Assembly (NCBI GenBank): GCA_964016885.1
Contig: OZ024742.1
Location: 51,646,001-51,710,000 of the forward strand
Length of the DNA: 64,000 nt
Source of the DNA: Eledone cirrhosa
Lineage: Eukaryota
Direction: 5' to 3'
This document shows, in pieces, positions 28,780 through 43,124 of the stretch (within the stretch, counting starts at the first letter, position 1; each line of letters starts with the position of its first letter). A model generated the notes under the pieces. The model was not told where the DNA came from. It saw only the letters and a list, made by a program, of their open reading frames with translations, and did not search any database. A program made the position numbers and the translations under genes.

Positions 28780-31700
28780 CACTATAGACAGTCAATTAAG
28801 ATAACCATACCACTTCCACTGATGAAGAGAGAGAATGGTCAGCTAAATCTAGTAATGAAGAGCACACCAACAGCGTAGCTGAAATCCACACCTCTACTGT
28901 ACAAACAGAACACCAAACGCTGTGCACACATTACAAGTAATATGGGATGATATGTTTCAAGAGATACACACCTTAATATGAGTAACAGACCATACAATAC
29001 CATAATCAGTAAAAAAAAACCCGTTAAACTTGAATTAGAAGCAGTGAACGAAATAGCTGACAATTATTTGAAGGCCACGCGACCCAAATGTGTGAAAACA
29101 ACCAATGGAATAATTGGCCTTTTGGTATATGTCTCATCTATCACATTACTAGTAGATCATAAATACCTGAAACCTCGCAATTAAGATGCAAATAGAAAGC
29201 CTGAACCAGCATGGATGCTTAATTCAAAACATAAAATGTTATTCCTCAGACGAAGTATCGCACAGATCACTTAAGTTAAGAAATGCAACATAGAAAACAA
29301 CTTCAAACGACACCAGGAAGACTTAAGAAGAAATTAAAGAAGTGATTTGGAGATACAAAATTAAAAAATGCAAACTCCAAACTACAGCAGCTGAAAAAGT
29401 AACCCACAGCTATAAATAAACAGCACATAAACGACAAGTGCTAAATAGATTATTTGCCAGAGATCCTAAAACAGTCTATCCCAGCTTCAATGGGAAAGCC
29501 TCAATCTCTGTAAATGACACTTCTACAAATTAATATGTTGAGAGCTACTACTGGAGATCCATATGGCAAACAAATGATCATTGTGCCACCAACAACATTA
29601 TAAAACCTGAGCATGTGGAAAGAAAAGAAAGAGGTGTCGGGATGCATCGATCAGCTACTAAATAACAAAGGCTTTTGATATTGTAGTTCATGGGTGGATT
29701 GTTAAGGTTAGCCAAAGTCCCATAACCACTATTACACCAATTTGATCATAAGGGGTACGAATTGAGACACATACGCTATACTATCAGAAAGGCATATTTC
29801 GAGGTAATAGCTTGTAACTGCTTTTCTTCGTCCTCTCACTAAACCTACTATCATACGTGCTCACAAAACAAAGTGGTCATACAGGTGGATCCAGAAGTAT
29901 CTGCCATCTTTTCTTTGTCGATGACCTGATTTATGAGCCAAATACCAACTATTTAAAAGAAAAACGGACCTCATTACACAATTTTATACAGACAACAGAA
30001 TGAAATTTGGTGAGTCCGAATTTGCATATTGGTCAGTAAAACGTGGATGGTTCGTACCATCCTCTGGGCATCTAGAGATGAACGGCTTGAAAATAAACCT
30101 TTACAGTCAGGTGACAGCTACAGATATCATGGACATGATAGGAATGTCAGATATGATGGAACCATAAAGAAGGAGAGAAGCAGGACTGAATACCTCAGGA
30201 GAGTAAAGAAAATATGGTCATCAGAACTCTGAGCGGACAAGTACATTGCCCACAATATTTTTGCTGTGCCAATCCTAACACTAACATTTGGCCCACGGAA
30301 CTGGTCATTGCAAAGACTAAGTGAGATGGATGTAAGAATTAGCAAGCTGTTCAGTGTTACTAGAAACTTTAACATCGATCGTAATGGGAATAGGCTATAC
30401 TTCTCATGCAAGGATGGGGGCCGTGGGATAAAATCCCTATTAACACCATACGAGGCCCGTATAGTAATACTGAAGCAACATCTTCAAAAGACGTAAATGG
30501 TCAGCAACCATCTTGCCCATCTTTATGAGCAAGAAGGTAATAATGACATCAGGATTGCCACTGATCTGGAGGAAAGACATAGAATAAGACACAGAAAGTT
30601 GTGCATGGGTGCACTGATCATAGAGGGGAGCAATCATTCAAAATGCCTGGTATGTAGTTCCGATATATTTATAACATCCCACGTCCAATGATAGCAAAAC
30701 AAAGATCGAAGATGTTAGCCACATTATTACCAACCGTTGAAGCATGTAGTCTCGTTACTACTTCCTTATGAGACTCGATGTGATAGCTAGAACGATATGG
30801 AATGCACTATGGAAATCAAAATTAAATACAAATGAGAAGGAATGTGTTTAGATAGATGGCACTAAGGAATACTGGTGGAACCTCAAAATGAAACCTGCTA
30901 CCAAATTAAAGAACAACCAGCCTGATATTGTTGTTTGGGACTACGGATTGAAAAGGTGCTTTGTTGTGGAGACCAGCTCTCCAATTTATGTCAACGTTGT
31001 AAGAAAAATACAGAAGGAGGACATCTACGGACCATTGATGAGATGTTTGCAGATCCAGTATGCATGATACACCATCAGCTTCATACCCATTATTATTGGA
31101 ACTACAGTTTATATATCAACCTGCTTGGACCACATTTGGACTAAATTTGTCTAAGTAAAGACTGAGCGCAGCTCCGTAATCCATAGACTACAACTGGCCG
31201 CGATATATGGAAGCTTCAATATTTGCAAAATATTCTTGCAATTGAACGGACGACAATTTTTATACTTTTACAAACGTGCCACCGGGAAGGTGGCCACTCA
31301 AATATGTAAACGAAATTATTTGAAAGAGAAAACATACCTACATAAATACATGCATGCCTACATACATACATACATACATACATACATACATACATACATA
31401 CATACATACATACATACATACATACATACATACATACATAGTCTACAAATGGCTGCGATATCTGGCACCTTCAAAATTTGCAAAACATTCTTGCGATTCA
31501 AGGGATGACAATTTCTTTTCTTTTAAAACCTTGCCACCAGGAAGGTAACTGGTCAAATATATACTCGAAATTAAGAGAAAGAGAGAAGATACATACAATG
31601 TGGTCTGTTGTGGAGATCATCTGCCCACTTGATGCAAACGTTGTCGGAAAAATACAGGAGAAGGAGGACATCTACGGACCATTGATGAGGAGTTTACAAA

Positions 31701-31980
31701 TCCAGTATCCAAGATACACCTTTAGCTTATACCCATCATTATTGGAGCTACGGATTATATACCAACCCGCTTGGACCAATTTATAACTGAACTTGGATTT
31801 GCGGACAAAGAGCGCAGATCCCTAATTCATAGTCTACAAACGGCTGCGATAGCTGGCACCATCAAAATTTGCAAAACATTCTTGCGATTCAAGGGATGAC
31901 AATTTCTTTTCTTGTACAACCTTGCCACTACGAAGATGGGCGGTCAAAAATATACTTGAAATTTAAGAGAAAGAGATAAA
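28780..31980 (+). pseudogene. Decayed R4/Dong-like non-LTR retrotransposon with three stacked 3' ends in (CATA)n
   Basis: KAFDIVVHGWI, CHLFFVDDL, EYLRRVKKIWSSEL, RLYFSCKDGGRGIKSL, NQPDIVVW, VVEIICPLDANV...EKEDIYGPL. Confidence 0.75.
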
Positions 31981-32340
31981 CATACATACATACATACATA
32001 CGTACTTACGTACATACATATCTACATACATACATCTAGCTAACATATTTGATACGTAGACCTACGAGCCAGTCACGTTGTACAGATCTGTAGATGAAAT
32101 ACAGTCAGTACACCTGCCTACAACATTAAATATTAGATTAACTAAAACGTGTCTCGATGAAGCATTGTGGATAATGAGATGTACTTTTAATCGTTTGTTG
32201 ACTCAAGTGGGGATTATCATATGTCAAATAACGTGTAAAACTTTGTGGAATAAGATGCCTTGAAAATACTCACACGCTGAAAGTTGCAATCAGTAGGTAA
32301 TGTTTTTGTGTATATATCTAAATATCTCTCTATATATGTA

Positions 32341-32527
<187 letters not shown>

Positions 32528-32565
32528 AGATGTGAACAAAACCACAGACCCTCCATCTTAATTCT

Positions 32566-32603
32566 ACTTTTGAAAAGCAGAAGAACTGCGAAACCGGTAA
32601 AGG
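32566..32603 (+). ncRNA. Minimal hammerhead, U3-A8 variant
   Basis: CTT-TTGAAAA-GCAG aagaa CTGC-GAAA-CCGG-TA-AAG. Confidence 0.7.
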
Positions 32604-32718
32604 AACCAAATAAATATATATATATTTTTTAAAAAAGACTCCAGTTGCATTTTCGATTTCATCTTTTTTCTTTATATATATATATGTGTGTGTGTGTTGG
32701 GTGAGTGTGTGTGTATGT

Positions 32719-32789
<71 letters not shown>

Positions 32790-32799
32790 AGAATGGAAG

Positions 32800-32975
32800 C
32801 GGTAAAACCCAGTTAGACTATAACTCACCAGAGTACTCGATACTTCGGGTAGTAGAGTGGGTAATATGAAAAATGTGGAACCCCAACGGCTGAGCTTCTG
32901 CCGTTTCCACAGCGTGATCCGAACAGTTTGGATCATACCAAGATAATAGTCTCGTAACTCTCCTGTTCAGGATAG
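32800..32975 (-). mobile_element. Family N element, unfolded copy with possible decayed full HHR
   Basis: Minus strand CTGAACA...GAAA-CGGC agaagctca GCCG-TT-GGGGTT. Confidence 0.45.
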
Positions 32976-33300
32976 GCCAATTGCTCCCCGATGAAGCTGC
33001 TCTTAGCCAATTACGTAATACTTAATATCATTATCTAGTTTCTGTGCTTGCCAGTACCATATGGATTGTCGCCAGTAGATGGAGTAGCAGAAAGTAATGA
33101 ATTAGTCTGGGGTCAAAGGATCAAATTCTCTTCCCACAAGGATTCGTTTTTCTCACTATTTAACATATTACTGTGCACACTGATTGCTTTTGGTTGGTAT
33201 CTTTAAAATACTGGCTTATTAAAGCAATGAGTTAGTAAGAAATCGATCAAAGGTATATTGGTACTATCGACTGACTTCGTTTGAGTAATACTATATGCAT

Positions 33301-33850
33301 ATAAACGGAAAAAATGAAACGAAATTTCATTTCTCACTCTTAGTACGGCTGTTACTTAAATATAAGTATGTATACGTACATAGATATATGTATGCAGACG
33401 TACAGTAGTATATATATATACATACATGCACACATATATATGTGTACGTATGGATTTACCGAACATTTATTATAATGCTCGGTCTGTTTGTAAACAAACA
33501 TCCCGAATTGAGCCGTACAATGTTTAGCAACCATCGTTGCTCTTTTGTTCAACACGGACAAAGGAACGATGTACTAGTTTCAAGCTTATTAGCTATCGTC
33601 AGCACCGTATACCTACCTGCCATACTAAGAGTGAGAAATGAAATTTCGTTTCATTTTTTCCGTTTATCGTTTTCGGTGCGCCCGGCCGATTAACTTACTC
33701 TATATACAAATTAGGCTGCTCAGCCGTTAATATGCATAAGGAAAGTATATACTTTCAGACCCTCAATCATCTGGCAGGAAGGTATACTGTTAAACACTGT
33801 ACGGCTTAATTCGAGGTGTTTGTTTACAAACACACCGAGCATTATAATAA
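33301..33850. mobile_element. Retrozyme-like family 2, short two-armed copy (HHR minus at 33567-33607)
   Basis: 33301-33620 matches the 424-bp unit; 33622-33850 is an inverted part of the same unit. Confidence 0.8.
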
Positions 33851-33851
33851 A

Positions 33852-34025
33852 TGAGCTCAAGCCGTTTCGACGGCTAATTCTGGACTCCAGAATTAGCCGT
33901 CGAAACGGCTTGAGCTCAGCCGTCGGGGTCCTACTCGTTCCTATTACCCACTCTACTACTCTAAGTATTGAGCACTTTGGTGCGTTATGGTCCATCTGGT
34001 TTCTTATCACATTTCCTTCGTTATA
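33852..34025 (+). mobile_element. Family N fold-back mini-element
   Basis: gagctcaagccgtttcgacggctaattctgga c tccagaattagccgtcgaaacggcttgagctc palindrome, then 3' tail to (TA)n. Confidence 0.75.
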
Positions 34026-34503
34026 TATATATAAATGTGTGAATGTATCTGTGTGTCTGTGAGTGTGTGTGTGTGTATGTGTGATGTATGTGTGTGTGTG
34101 TTTTAGTTTATATTGGTGTTCACCAATATAACCAATATATGTCATGGTTAAGATTTTAGTATCTCAATGTTAATCCATATCCTTGGTCAATCGGTAATCT
34201 ATAAGACAGAATGATTTATCAACCTCTGTAGAATACACTATAGACTGTTATGGTACCAACTGCAGCGTTCAAGATTTAATAAATTAAGAGTGAATAACCA
34301 GTTTAGATTCACAACGTAATATTACCCTACGAACATTTCAATGTACACTATAACATATGTAGAGTTAGATTATGTTGTAAGTCTAAATTGGTTATTCACT
34401 CGTAATTTATATATATATACATATATGTATGTAAAATGTAAACAGAAATAAGAACAGAATCGGTACAGTATATGTATAACGCTTGATATAGCAGGAAGAG
34501 GGG

Positions 34504-34537
34504 CTTAACGTTTTGGACGCTAGTCCTTCATCAGAAG
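34504..34537 (-). ncRNA. Minimal hammerhead (G12A variant)
   Basis: CTT-CTGATGA-A GGAC tagc GTCC-AAAA-CG-TT-AAG. Confidence 0.6.
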
Positions 34538-34636
34538 AAAGAATGAGAAATACATTATATTAAGGGGACGGGTGGAATGGAATTGTAAAAAATGTCTTTA
34601 GATAAAAATAATAGGTCCATTCATGTTGACATCTCT

Positions 34637-34688
<52 letters not shown>

Positions 34689-34693
<5 letters not shown>

Positions 34694-36708
34694 GGAAAAA
34701 ATGAAACGATATTTCATTTCCCACTCTTAGTACGGCTGTTACTTAAATATAAGTATGTACACGTACATACATATATGTATACCGACGTACAGTAGTATGT
34801 ATATATATATATATACATACATGCACACATATATATATGCACGTATGGATTCACCGAACATTTATTATAATGCTCGGTGTGTTTGTAAACAAACATCCCG
34901 TATTAAGCCGTAGTGTCTAGCAACCACCGTTGCTCGTTTGTTCAACACTGACAAAGGAACGCTGTACTAGTTTCAAGCTTGTTAGCTATCGTCAGCAACG
35001 TATACCTTCCTGCCAGATTGTTGAACGTATATACTTACCTTATGCATATTAACGGCTGAGTAGCCCAATATGCATATCGAGTGGGTTAATCGGCCGGGTG
35101 CACCGAAAACGATAAACGGAAAAAATGAAACGATATTTCATTTCCCACTCTTAGTACGGCTGTTACTTAAATATAAGTATGTACACGTACATACATATAT
35201 GTATACCGACGTACAGTAGTATGTATATATATATATATACATACATGCACACATATATATATGCACGTATGGATTCACCGAACATTTATTATAATGCTCG
35301 GTGTGTTTGTAAACAAACATCCCGTATTAAGCCGTAGTGTCTAGCAACCACCGTTGCTCGTTTGTTCAACACTGACAAAGGAACGCTGTACTAGTTTCAA
35401 GCTTGTTAGCTATCGTCAGCAACGTATACCTTCCTGCCAGATTGTTGAACGTATATACTTACCTTATGCATATTAACGGCTGAGTAGCCCAATATGCATA
35501 TCGAGTGGGTTAATCGGCCGGGTGCACCGAAAACGATAAACGGAAAAAATGAAACGATATTTCATTTCCCACTCTTAGTACGGCTGTTACTTAAATATAA
35601 GTATGTACACGTACATACATATATGTATACCGACGTACAGTAGTATGTATATATATATATATACATACATGCACACATATATATATGCACGTATGGATTC
35701 ACCGAACATTTATTATAATGCTCGGTGTGTTTGTAAACAAACATCCCGTATTAAGCCGTAGTGTCTAGCAACCACCGCTGCTCGTTTGTTCAACACTGAC
35801 AAAGGAACGCTGTACTAGTTTCAAGCTTGTTAGCTATCGTCAGCAACGTATACCTTCCTGCCAGATTGTTGAACGTATATACTTACCTTATGCATATATT
35901 AACGGCTGAGTAGCCCAATATGCATATCGAGTGGGTTAATCGGCCGGGTGCACCGAAAACGATAAACGGAAAAAATGAAACGATATTTCATTTCCCACTC
36001 TTAGTACGGCTGTTACTTAAATATAAGTATGTACACGTACATACATATATGTATACCGACGTACAGTAGTATGTATATATATATATATATACATACATGC
36101 ACACATATATATATGCACGTATGGATTCACCGAACATTTATTATAATGCTCGGTGTGTTTGTAAACAAACATCCCGTATTAATATATATATGTGCATATA
36201 TATATGTGTGCATGTATGTATATATATATATATATATACATACTACTGTACGTCGGTATACATATATGTATGTACGTGTACATACTTATATTTAAGTAAC
36301 AGCCGTACTAAGAGTGGGAAATGAAATATCGTTTCATTTTTTCCGTTTATCGTTTTCGGTGCACCCGGCCGATTAACCCACTCGATATGCATATTGGGCT
36401 ACTCAGCCGTTAATATGCATAAGGTAAGTATATACGTTCAACAATCTGGCAGGAAGGTATACGTTGCTGACGATAGCTAACAAGCTTGAAACTAGTACAG
36501 CGTTCCTTTGTCAGTGTTGAACAAACGAGCAACGGTGGTTGCTAGACACTACGGCTTAATACGGGATGTTTGTTTACAAACACACCGAGCATTATAATAA
36601 ATGTTCGGTGAATCCATACGTGCATATATATATGTGTGCATGTATGTATATATATATATATACATACTACTGTACGTCGGTATACATATATGTATGTACG
36701 TGTACATA

Positions 36709-36712
<4 letters not shown>
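34689..36712. mobile_element. Retrozyme-like array family 2: 424-bp units, ~3.5 copies then ~1.25 inverted copies
   Basis: Unit starts at 34691, 35115, 35539, 35965; inversion at ~36182; (TA)n flanks; one minimal HHR per unit. Confidence 0.88.
36462..36502 (+). ncRNA. Minimal hammerhead of family 2 (also 34960-35000, 35384-35424, 35808-35848, 33567-33607, 61580-61620, 62455-62495 on minus)
   Basis: CGTTG-CTGACGA-T AGCT aaca AGCT T-GAAA-CTAG-TA-CAGCG; stem I covaries to CGATG/CATCG in other copies. Confidence 0.88.
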
Positions 36713-36757
<45 letters not shown>

Positions 36758-36827
36758 ATATATTAAGAGAGTGTGTGTGTGTGTGAGAGAGAGAGAGTTA
36801 TAGATAGATAGATAGAGAGGAGAGAGA

Positions 36828-36913
<86 letters not shown>

Positions 36914-38481
36914 GACAGAACAAATTAGCATAGGGTACATTGATGCGAAAATATTTCTTTGAATTATTTATTTTCATAATTTGTAAAACATATTTGTCGT
37001 TTTCTTTTCTATTTAATAAGTATAATAGCGATTTTCCGAATGGATTTTCAATTTCAGAAAATTCATAAAACTTTATTTCCCTTTCGTTTCACAATTATAT
37101 ACAATTATATAGAGAAACATAATGGAAAATAGTTAATTGTAGTGGGCCATATTCTTCACTTTTGAATTAAAAAAATGTCAAGATTATAAAAGAACGGGAC
37201 ATTGGAGAAAAATAAATGATATACAAAATTTTAAAATAAAGTGGGATAATAAGTATAACTAATGAAATACTGCAGTCAATTATCAGTGAAATAGGATTCA
37301 TTGTTAAATAAATCAGAATCATTAAAATCTTCAATATCGTACTTTATTAAATTCTAACACAAAATCTCAAGGTGAAGGAACCAGGTGGAGATGAATGGAG
37401 GAGACAGAGACACAGTGATAAAGAGAGAAACAAAGAGAAAAAGCGCGAGAGAAAAAGAGTGAAAGGGTGTGTGACTGTGTGTGAGTGCGTGTGCGTGAGT
37501 GTGTGTATGTGTGTGTTTGCGTGTAAGGCAAACATCTTTCAATAAACAATTGTGTCGAAAATGTTTATAGAAATTTTATGTGCAACAAAATTCAATTTAC
37601 AAAATTGAAATGTATGTACAGTGGAAACATTTAAGCTGATTTGAAAGAGGCGAAGGTATCAAACATTTTTGGTTAAACACCTTATGGAAATGCAGTAAGA
37701 GAAGATAAGAATAAGTTAGAAGAAAAAATATAGGAACAATTCCAAGCAGGTAGTGGTTTAAATGAATACATCTTGTGGAATGGTAAAATACCGACCGTTA
37801 AAACTTAACATTAACAAAGAAACAATATGTTAGTAAGGACACACAGAAGGAAAGAGCGGAGTTGTGGAAACGAAACGTTTAATGGCTGAAATAAATGTAC
37901 ATTTTCTAAGTAACACACAATCTATATGAAATAATTTATTATGGGTTAGATGCATCACCGGTTATTTATAATATTGAATTAGAATATACGCCATAATGAC
38001 TATGAAACAGCCAAAATACCACACGCCTACAACTTACACCAACCACCGCTCCCCACCACCACCTCTTCATTATAATCTTTCCCGCAACCTATCATACACC
38101 CGAAAACATTCCTTATAGCAAAACCACCTATCAAAACGAACATTAACTAACCACCATAAATGAATGTGAATCGTTATAGACATTTCTAAAACCTACAGGT
38201 TCATTATGTCATTACCACAGCAAAGGCCCGACGAGCCTTTGATTCCATTCCAGAGTCGGGCTAGATCGATATCGATCGAACTTTGAGCTGATCAATAGCC
38301 AAAAGCGCGTCACTACTCCATAAACCTAATGACATAACAAATCGTCCCTTTTATTATTATTATAATTACACTCTGTTCAGTTCTACACCTCTTTACCGAC
38401 TGAAAACTACGCATCGAGTGCTCACTTTGGTGAACCTACAGTAACTAGACGTTAAATTCCCTAGATACATATATATAAACA

Positions 38482-38795
38482 GTAAAGATCCCCTTCGGTG
38501 ACAAATGACCATGGGATTTGTACCTAGAAAGTTTCCCCCTGAGGCACAGTCCGGACAAAGTTGTTTGTGGAAGACCATCAGTCGCCCATGCATACCAGTC
38601 TCCCCTCTCCACACAACCCATGATGTCCAAGAGTAAGGCAGTGGGCGATACAGTTTAACACCACTGATGTCGCAACACATTTCTACAGTTGAGTAAAATT
38701 GAGCAACGTGAAATGACACAACGCATCACCCTGTCTAAGAATCGAACTCACAACCTTCCGATTGCAAACCCAATAATCTAACCACTAAGCCACAT
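38482..38795 (-). mobile_element. Second tRNA-derived SINE family (octopod type)
   Basis: Minus strand gtggcttagtggttag A-box and gagttcgattc B-box; head related to the 39267-39670 pair. Confidence 0.7.
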
Positions 38796-39086
38796 ACATA
38801 CAATAATAATTCCGAATGCCACATATATGTATATATGGATAAATGGAAGTAGTAATCGACATTTGTCCTACAGGAGCAATGATTAACGCCATAAAATTAT
38901 GTTATATGAATAAAATAATTGTGAATATTTACATCCGTCCATCCCAATTATCCGTATTTTACGTATACTCCTTTACGGCTACCAAATTGGATCTGGAAGG
39001 ATACTCCGGTCTGCATGAACCTAAGTGCAACGTCGTTTTCTGAGTGGATTGTTGCATAGGGAATTCTGGCTACTCATCATCATTTA

Positions 39087-39211
<125 letters not shown>

Positions 39212-39266
39212 GAACGATCGACTTTCGTCAAATCGGACCGAGGGAACAATGTTTCCGTTGGTCTTT

Positions 39267-39429
39267 CCAATTGCTAATACTATCTATCGGTCGCAACTCC
39301 AGGTAGAAGGAGCAACATGAAATAAAGTGTCTTGCTCAAGGACATAACGCATCGCCTGGTCCAGGAATCGAACTCACAACCTTACGATTGCGAATCCAAT
39401 TCTCTAACAATTCCGGCACACGCCTTCAC

Positions 39430-39461
<32 letters not shown>

Positions 39462-39670
39462 TGTATGTATGTATGTATGTATGTATGTATATATATATAT
39501 ATATATAGTGAAGGCGTGTGGCGGAATTGTTATAGAATTGGATTCGCAATCGTAAGGTTGTGAGTTCGATTCCTGGACCAGGCGATGCGTTATGTCCTTG
39601 AGCAAGACACTTTATTTCATGTTGCTCCTTCTACCTGGAGTTGCGACCGATAGATAGTATTAGCAATTGG
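39267..39670. mobile_element. Head-to-head pair of near-identical SINE heads around (TATG)n(TA)n
   Basis: 39267-39432 is the reverse complement of 39505-39670; B-box gagttcgattcc. Confidence 0.8.
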
Positions 39671-39689
39671 CAAAAATTAGCAAAATGTA

Positions 39690-40325
39690 TATATATTGGT
39701 AAACGGAATAGAAAATGCTGACAAATTGTTCACAGTTGAAAAATGGTTTAATTAGGAATAAAAGAGTATTAGTGATTGTATGGGTTAGTATTCAGTTGTG
39801 GTTTTAAGTTTTTAAGTTTTTACCGGTTGCGCATTTCTAAATGCTTTGCAAAAATAATTTTGAGATAGAGTGTCCGTGCTGTTTGCTCTCATCTGATTAG
39901 TTTTGGGAATTCTACCTGTTTTTATGTTAAAAGATGTTTTGACCACAAGAACTTTTGCTGGAGCCACTTTTTTAACATAAAAATAGTCTTGACGCAAAAT
40001 CAATTTTTTACATTCACATGACCTCTACCGACCAATCAAATTGTTTTGACCACAAGAACTTTTGCAAATTGGAGCCACTTTTTTAACATAAAAACAGGTA
40101 GAATTCCCAAAACTAATCAGATCAGAGCAAACAGCACGGACACTCTATCTCAAAATTTATTTTTGAAAAGCATTTAAAAATGCGCAACCGGTAAAAACTT
40201 AAAAACTTTAAACAACAACTGAATACTAACCCATACAATCACTAATACTCTTTTATTCCTAATTAAACCATTTTTCAACTGTGAACAATTTGTGAGCATT
40301 TTCTATTCCGTTTACCAATATATAA
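39690..40325. mobile_element. Head-to-head pLTR fragments with U3-A8 HHR-like motifs (39817-39854 -, 40160-40197 +)
   Basis: 39690-39930 is the reverse complement of 40080-40325; TTGAAAA-GCATTT aa AAATGC-GCAA-CCGG-TA. Confidence 0.75.
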
Positions 40326-40371
40326 TAACTTGTGTGTTACACCTCTATTCTTTTAACTATATATATATATA

Positions 40372-40556
40372 TAGGAAATAAGGTAAGGAACCAGGTGGAC
40401 CATAACGCACCAAAGTACTCAATACTTAGGGTAGTAGAGTGGGTAATAGGAACGAGTAGGACCCCGATGGCTGAGCTCAAGCCGTTTCGACGGCTAATTC
40501 AGTCCAGAATTAGCCGTCGAAACGGTTTGAGCTCAGCCGTCGGTGTCCTACTCGTT

Positions 40557-40561
<5 letters not shown>
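40372..40561 (-). mobile_element. Family N fold-back mini-element
   Basis: Palindrome 40447-40561 centred at ~40503; TA flanks. Confidence 0.75.
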
Positions 40562-40619
<58 letters not shown>

Positions 40620-40839
40620 AATTAGTATATCTACCAACATATATATACAGATGCATACCTATGCTAGAAAATATATAGGTTATGTCTTAGTAACTTTGTG
40701 GTTCCATGCAAGGGGATACAGAACAATTATATGAAAGACGTAAAATAAGAAAATTATAAAAATGAACTTACTTACTAAAATTTCACTCCAACTAATTAGT
40801 TTCTGAAAGGGAATAAATATGGTTTCCGAATATATATAT

Positions 40840-42883
40840 ATTTATTAAATAACAGATTAAAGTTTAAACAAAGAATCTCTGCTTTCACCCTTAACGGCTC
40901 CTCTGAAACTAACAAAGTCAATCTGTAAACGCAGAAGTGGATATTTCAAAAAACGTTGCAGCCGGAGGAAGACAGGTAGACGATACTTTGGTTCATGGAA
41001 ACGTTCCCTGGCAAAGAACGGGAAAAAAAGGAATATAATACGTCATTAATAGGAGCGATGAAAAACAATTACACGCAAAGACAAAACCACGTTTATGGTA
41101 TAAATAAGTGGTAGACTAATGTTATCTTAGGTGATTCAAAGAGACGTTCTCTGTCAATGTACGCAAAGACAAAACCACGTAAATGGTATAGCTGAATTCG
41201 TTTTCTAAAATTCTAACTAGGAAACCGAATGAATCTCCGCTTCAGAGTTAAGAATAAAGTAATCAAATACAATACAGAGGTAATTGAACTTAAATAAATA
41301 CATACACGTATCCAAATACATACATACACAAGCATACGCGAAAACACTCGCCATAGGTATACAAAACCACGCACATATAAATATGTGTGTGTGTGTGTGC
41401 GTGTATACAAATAAATAAGTAATTAAATAAACTTATATAAATAAATAAATACGTATATAACAAGCGCACACACATACCTACAGGTAAATACACAAAAAGT
41501 TCGGAGAGACGTCAACCAAAACATGAAGTACACATATACAAACACCCAACATACGTACGAACCCGCATACTCACACAGACGCAAAACTCCCGTATAGACA
41601 TAACCAAAAGCATATGTACCAGAATATATAAAAATATACGCCATAACATATACAATCAAATATACGTACGACAAAGTATACGTACCTTCACAAAACATAC
41701 AGGTAATATATACTTACCTATGCAAATAAGTAATGGTATAAACATAACATATACTTAGCTACCACATCAAGATGTAAAATATCCACGTACAGATCGTACT
41801 ATCCGTTAGGGTATAATGTGGGGTTGTAATACAGGAAAGTTTTGTGCAATTTATGTTTACAAGCCGAATTTGCCTCAGATTTTTTGTTTAAGATGTGGTC
41901 TGTGGCGTAGAGTATTTCCAGGGCTTCAGCAGTGCAGAGGTCACATGGGCTTTTATTTCCGTTATACGATCTAGCCCTAGCTAGGATCTCTAAGTGTAAC
42001 TTATATTGGGTGTGGTTGTCTTTTAGACTCCAGATATAAGCTGAAAGTGACGTCATATTCCTTCTTAGAGGGTAACGAAAAGAATGGGTATGCATGTAAA
42101 GACGCTGCTTGAATCTATTGGCGGTTAACCCTATGTAGGCCCTACGGGACGTGGGTGTTACAACCTCACATTTGTAGACAGTGTTACTAGATAGGCATTT
42201 CCCGGATAGGGGGGCAATCAACCCGATTCCTACAATTACAGTTAGTACTAACTGCAGGGTGGCACGTGTTCCTACGGCTAGGTAGTTTAGCTAAATTTTA
42301 AGCTGTCATGTTATGTGCAAGGTTAGGAGTCGTAGAGTAAGACATTTTAATAGTATTTCTATTAAAAATGTTACTATATTTATGTGTAGGGAGAAAATGC
42401 TTCGTAATAAGGGATAGAAAGATCTTAGCTAATGGTGTGGCCACCTCCATATTATATGGTGTGTTATACCATATAATGCGACGGGATCTATTTCTTCTAG
42501 GTCTATTCTCATACTCTGTGTATGCTACCTTATCGACAAATCCACACCTAGCAAGAGTTTCATTGTAATAAGTGGAATGGTCGTTGAATATATGCTCGTT
42601 AGTAGATAGAAGGGAAAGCCTCAACGAAACGTTTCTCACCAGGTTCTTGGTTATGCTGGCAGGATGGTTGGAATGCTTACTTATGTAATTAAGCGTATCA
42701 TTTGGCTTTCTATACAGGTAATATAAGCCATTCGATAAATTGAGGGTAACGTCGAGGTAAGTAACGACCGAGAGGTTGGCCTCAACCTGTATAGAGAGTT
42801 TGAAGCCTTTAAAGAAGGCTGCGAGTTCTTTTCTGAACCTGTCGCAAGCCCGAGTACAAACCAGCACCCGCGTTGGGAAATTC

Positions 42884-42886
<3 letters not shown>
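40840..42886 (-). mobile_element. 5'-truncated Penelope-like element (probably Nematis-type) with pLTR/HHR at 40861-40910
   Basis: ORFs 42298-42867 (YLDVTLNL, YRKPND, SNHP, IWYNTPY, IKMSYSTTPNL) and 41799-42221 (PLSGKCL, VYKC, AYIGLT, CDLC, LNKKSE, CKH). Confidence 0.88.
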
Positions 42887-42960
<74 letters not shown>

Positions 42961-42964
<4 letters not shown>

Positions 42965-43124
42965 AAAAACTATGACCACGACGGCAAAGTTCAAGCCTTT
43001 TCGACGGCTATTCCTGAGCTTTGCCGTCGGGGTCATACTTGTTCCTATTTCCCACTCTACTACACTAAGTATTGAGTACTCTGGTGCGTTATAGTCTTTC
43101 TGGTTCATTACGACAATTCCTTTG

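Noticed and set aside
34281-34410. Short diverged inverted repeat (~55-bp arms)
   Set aside because: Probably another decayed fold-back fragment, but it has no diagnostic motif.
34714-35744. Repeated identical 60-aa ORF in family 2 units
   Set aside because: Low-complexity, begins at a non-ATG codon, and its frame is not preserved in diverged copies.
38225-38312. CCGACGA-GCC...GGGC...AAAAGCGCGTC possible decayed HHR
   Set aside because: Too many core changes and no second copy to test covariation.
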